A stretch of DNA of 63,169 nucleotides, the filler included, from Reticulomyxa filosa (taxonomy: Eukaryota; Protista; Foraminifera): assembly GCA_000512085.1 (NCBI GenBank). It is 16 parts of 16 records of this genome, joined end to end, with 100 filler letters (N's around TTAATTAATTAA, not from the genome) between each part and the next. Parts side by side here need not be neighbours in the genome. Positions count along the whole stretch, not along the records: positions 61,827 to 63,169 come from ASPP01035333.1; 15 more parts are not named here. The stretch is one strand, 5' to 3'. How positions within the stretch are numbered: position 1 is the stretch's first letter; each line of letters starts with the position of its first letter. The notes under the pieces are model-generated. The model had not been told where the DNA came from. It searched no databases and saw only the letters and a program-made list of their open reading frames with translations. This document shows, in pieces, positions 61,727-63,169 of the stretch. Position numbers and translations under genes: made by a program.

Positions 61727-63169
61727 NNNNNNNNNNNNNNNNNNNNNNNNNNNNNNNNNNNNNNNNNNNNTTAATTAATTAANNNNNNNNNNNNNNNNNN
61801 NNNNNNNNNNNNNNNNNNNNNNNNNNAAAAAGTAATAAGTTATATGAGCAACTCAAAAATTGTTTTTTTTTAAAAAATTTATTTTAAATGCAAACTTTCA
61901 GTTAGGGCTTAGGACATCAGTTCTTTAAAACAAAACAAACTATGTTCAGGCAGCTATTTTTTTTTAAAAATCAAGGCGTTTTTTGCTTTTTTTATAATCA
62001 GTGGTTATAGTTTGAAGAATATGCGCGTTTGATCATTTTCTTCTGCCAAAATGCATTTCGGTAAAAAAATCATTCATTTTTTTTTAATGCATGCAAACAC
62101 AAGGTAACATAAGTGTAAGCACAAAAAAAAGAATTCAAGAAGATCCAAGGAGGTGATAAAAGGGGAAAAGAGAAAATACATAATTGTGCATTTACGTGTC
62201 TCTTTTTTTCTTCCTAAAAAAATTATTTCAATTCATATGCATGCATGATAAATAGTTTTTGGAGAAATAACAATGCCGTCAAAATTTAAATAAAATTACA
62301 TATTTTCTTTGAGACTTTTTTTTGAACTAAAATATTTTGAAAACTTAACATATAATTGAATTAAACTAAAGATGTAATGCAACGAACATGTTAAAGCTGT
62401 AGGAGGTATGCACAGTGATCAGAATCAGGAAAATGCAAAACAGGAATAAAAGCATTGATAAAATTATGTGATGTAATGAAAGAAGAAATATTTTGATCAA
62501 AACAATTGCTTCAATTAGTTTGTAAAAAAAATATTTTTGAATAATTTAATATTATATTCCAGTGACTAAATTGTTTTGTATAAAGTGGTTCAACTTTTAT
62601 TCTGGCTTGAATTTGTATCAAAATCAGATAATGGACAAGTAAAATAAATCAAAAAATAGTAGTTCAATCAAAGGCCCAATTTATGTTCGGGATGAAAATA
62701 TGTGAATAAAGCTTTTTGATTTCTCTTTTTTTTTCCTTCATTAAAAATATCATGTTGCCAAAAACATATAAACGGATTCCTAAAATAATACTTTTTCAAC
62801 ATCTTTGTTTTCAGGGTAATGTAATGGATATAGGATACAATATCATTAAGGATAATTCGCTTTGCGTACAGCCACAGCTTAGATAAAGATATCTTAAGAT
62901 GAAATATTCCTGAGATTAAAAGAATCTTTTTACCTGATCGCATTCTTTTGAGTTATAGATCATTCATATCCTGCTTCAGGAGAAAATGTTGTTTTTGGTA
63001 ATGTACACTGCTGTGCTTTTTATTTTATCCTGTTTTGAATGTTCGATACAAAAAACAATAGCAAATAGACATAAAAAAAAACAATTTCAAAAATTAGTGC
63101 TGAAAAAAACGCAATACTTAAAATATTGCAATTCTTTAAAAAACATTGAATGCAACTATTTCAATTTTT

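Overview
This window is not contiguous DNA. It is 16 short contigs joined by 15 identical 100-nt artificial linkers (N44-TTAATTAATTAA-N44). Fifteen contigs are AT-rich eukaryotic DNA with short GT-AG introns full of poly-A/poly-T runs, homopolymer frameshifts and many decayed genes. That style, and a characteristic WD40 pseudogene family, suggests a foraminiferan or other rhizarian such as Reticulomyxa filosa (inference, not verified). Recognisable genes: a DENND4-like Rab GEF spliced in frame to a split RGS domain, an ankyrin + 2OG-Fe(II) oxygenase fusion, ETHE1, a BEACH-type WD40 C-terminus, UNG, an HMG-CoA synthase with a C-terminal membrane anchor, a Pmp-repeat surface protein, TMEM120, COMMD9, RAD23, CAX, an LCM-type methyltransferase, a PhyH-like dioxygenase, a PX protein, SEC22, an RNPS1-like RRM protein and a probable pseudo-alpha/beta-hydrolase. 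Contig 1 is bacterial-like and packs three IS families (IS1595, IS982, IS5/ISL2) into 1 kb. The top finding is largely invisible in the ORF track: a nearly full-length, decayed rolling-circle Rep gene (HUH motifs I-III, SF3 helicase Walker A/B, motif C, arginine finger) of the geminivirus/CRESSV6/pCRESS type at about 11020-11877 (-). It is an endogenous ssDNA-virus or plasmid fossil inside a host contig. Two related ~220-bp solo-LTR-like elements with 4-bp target-site duplications (one imperfect) and two apparent chimeric gene junctions at homopolymers were also found. All homology calls come from motif recognition by eye; no searches were run.
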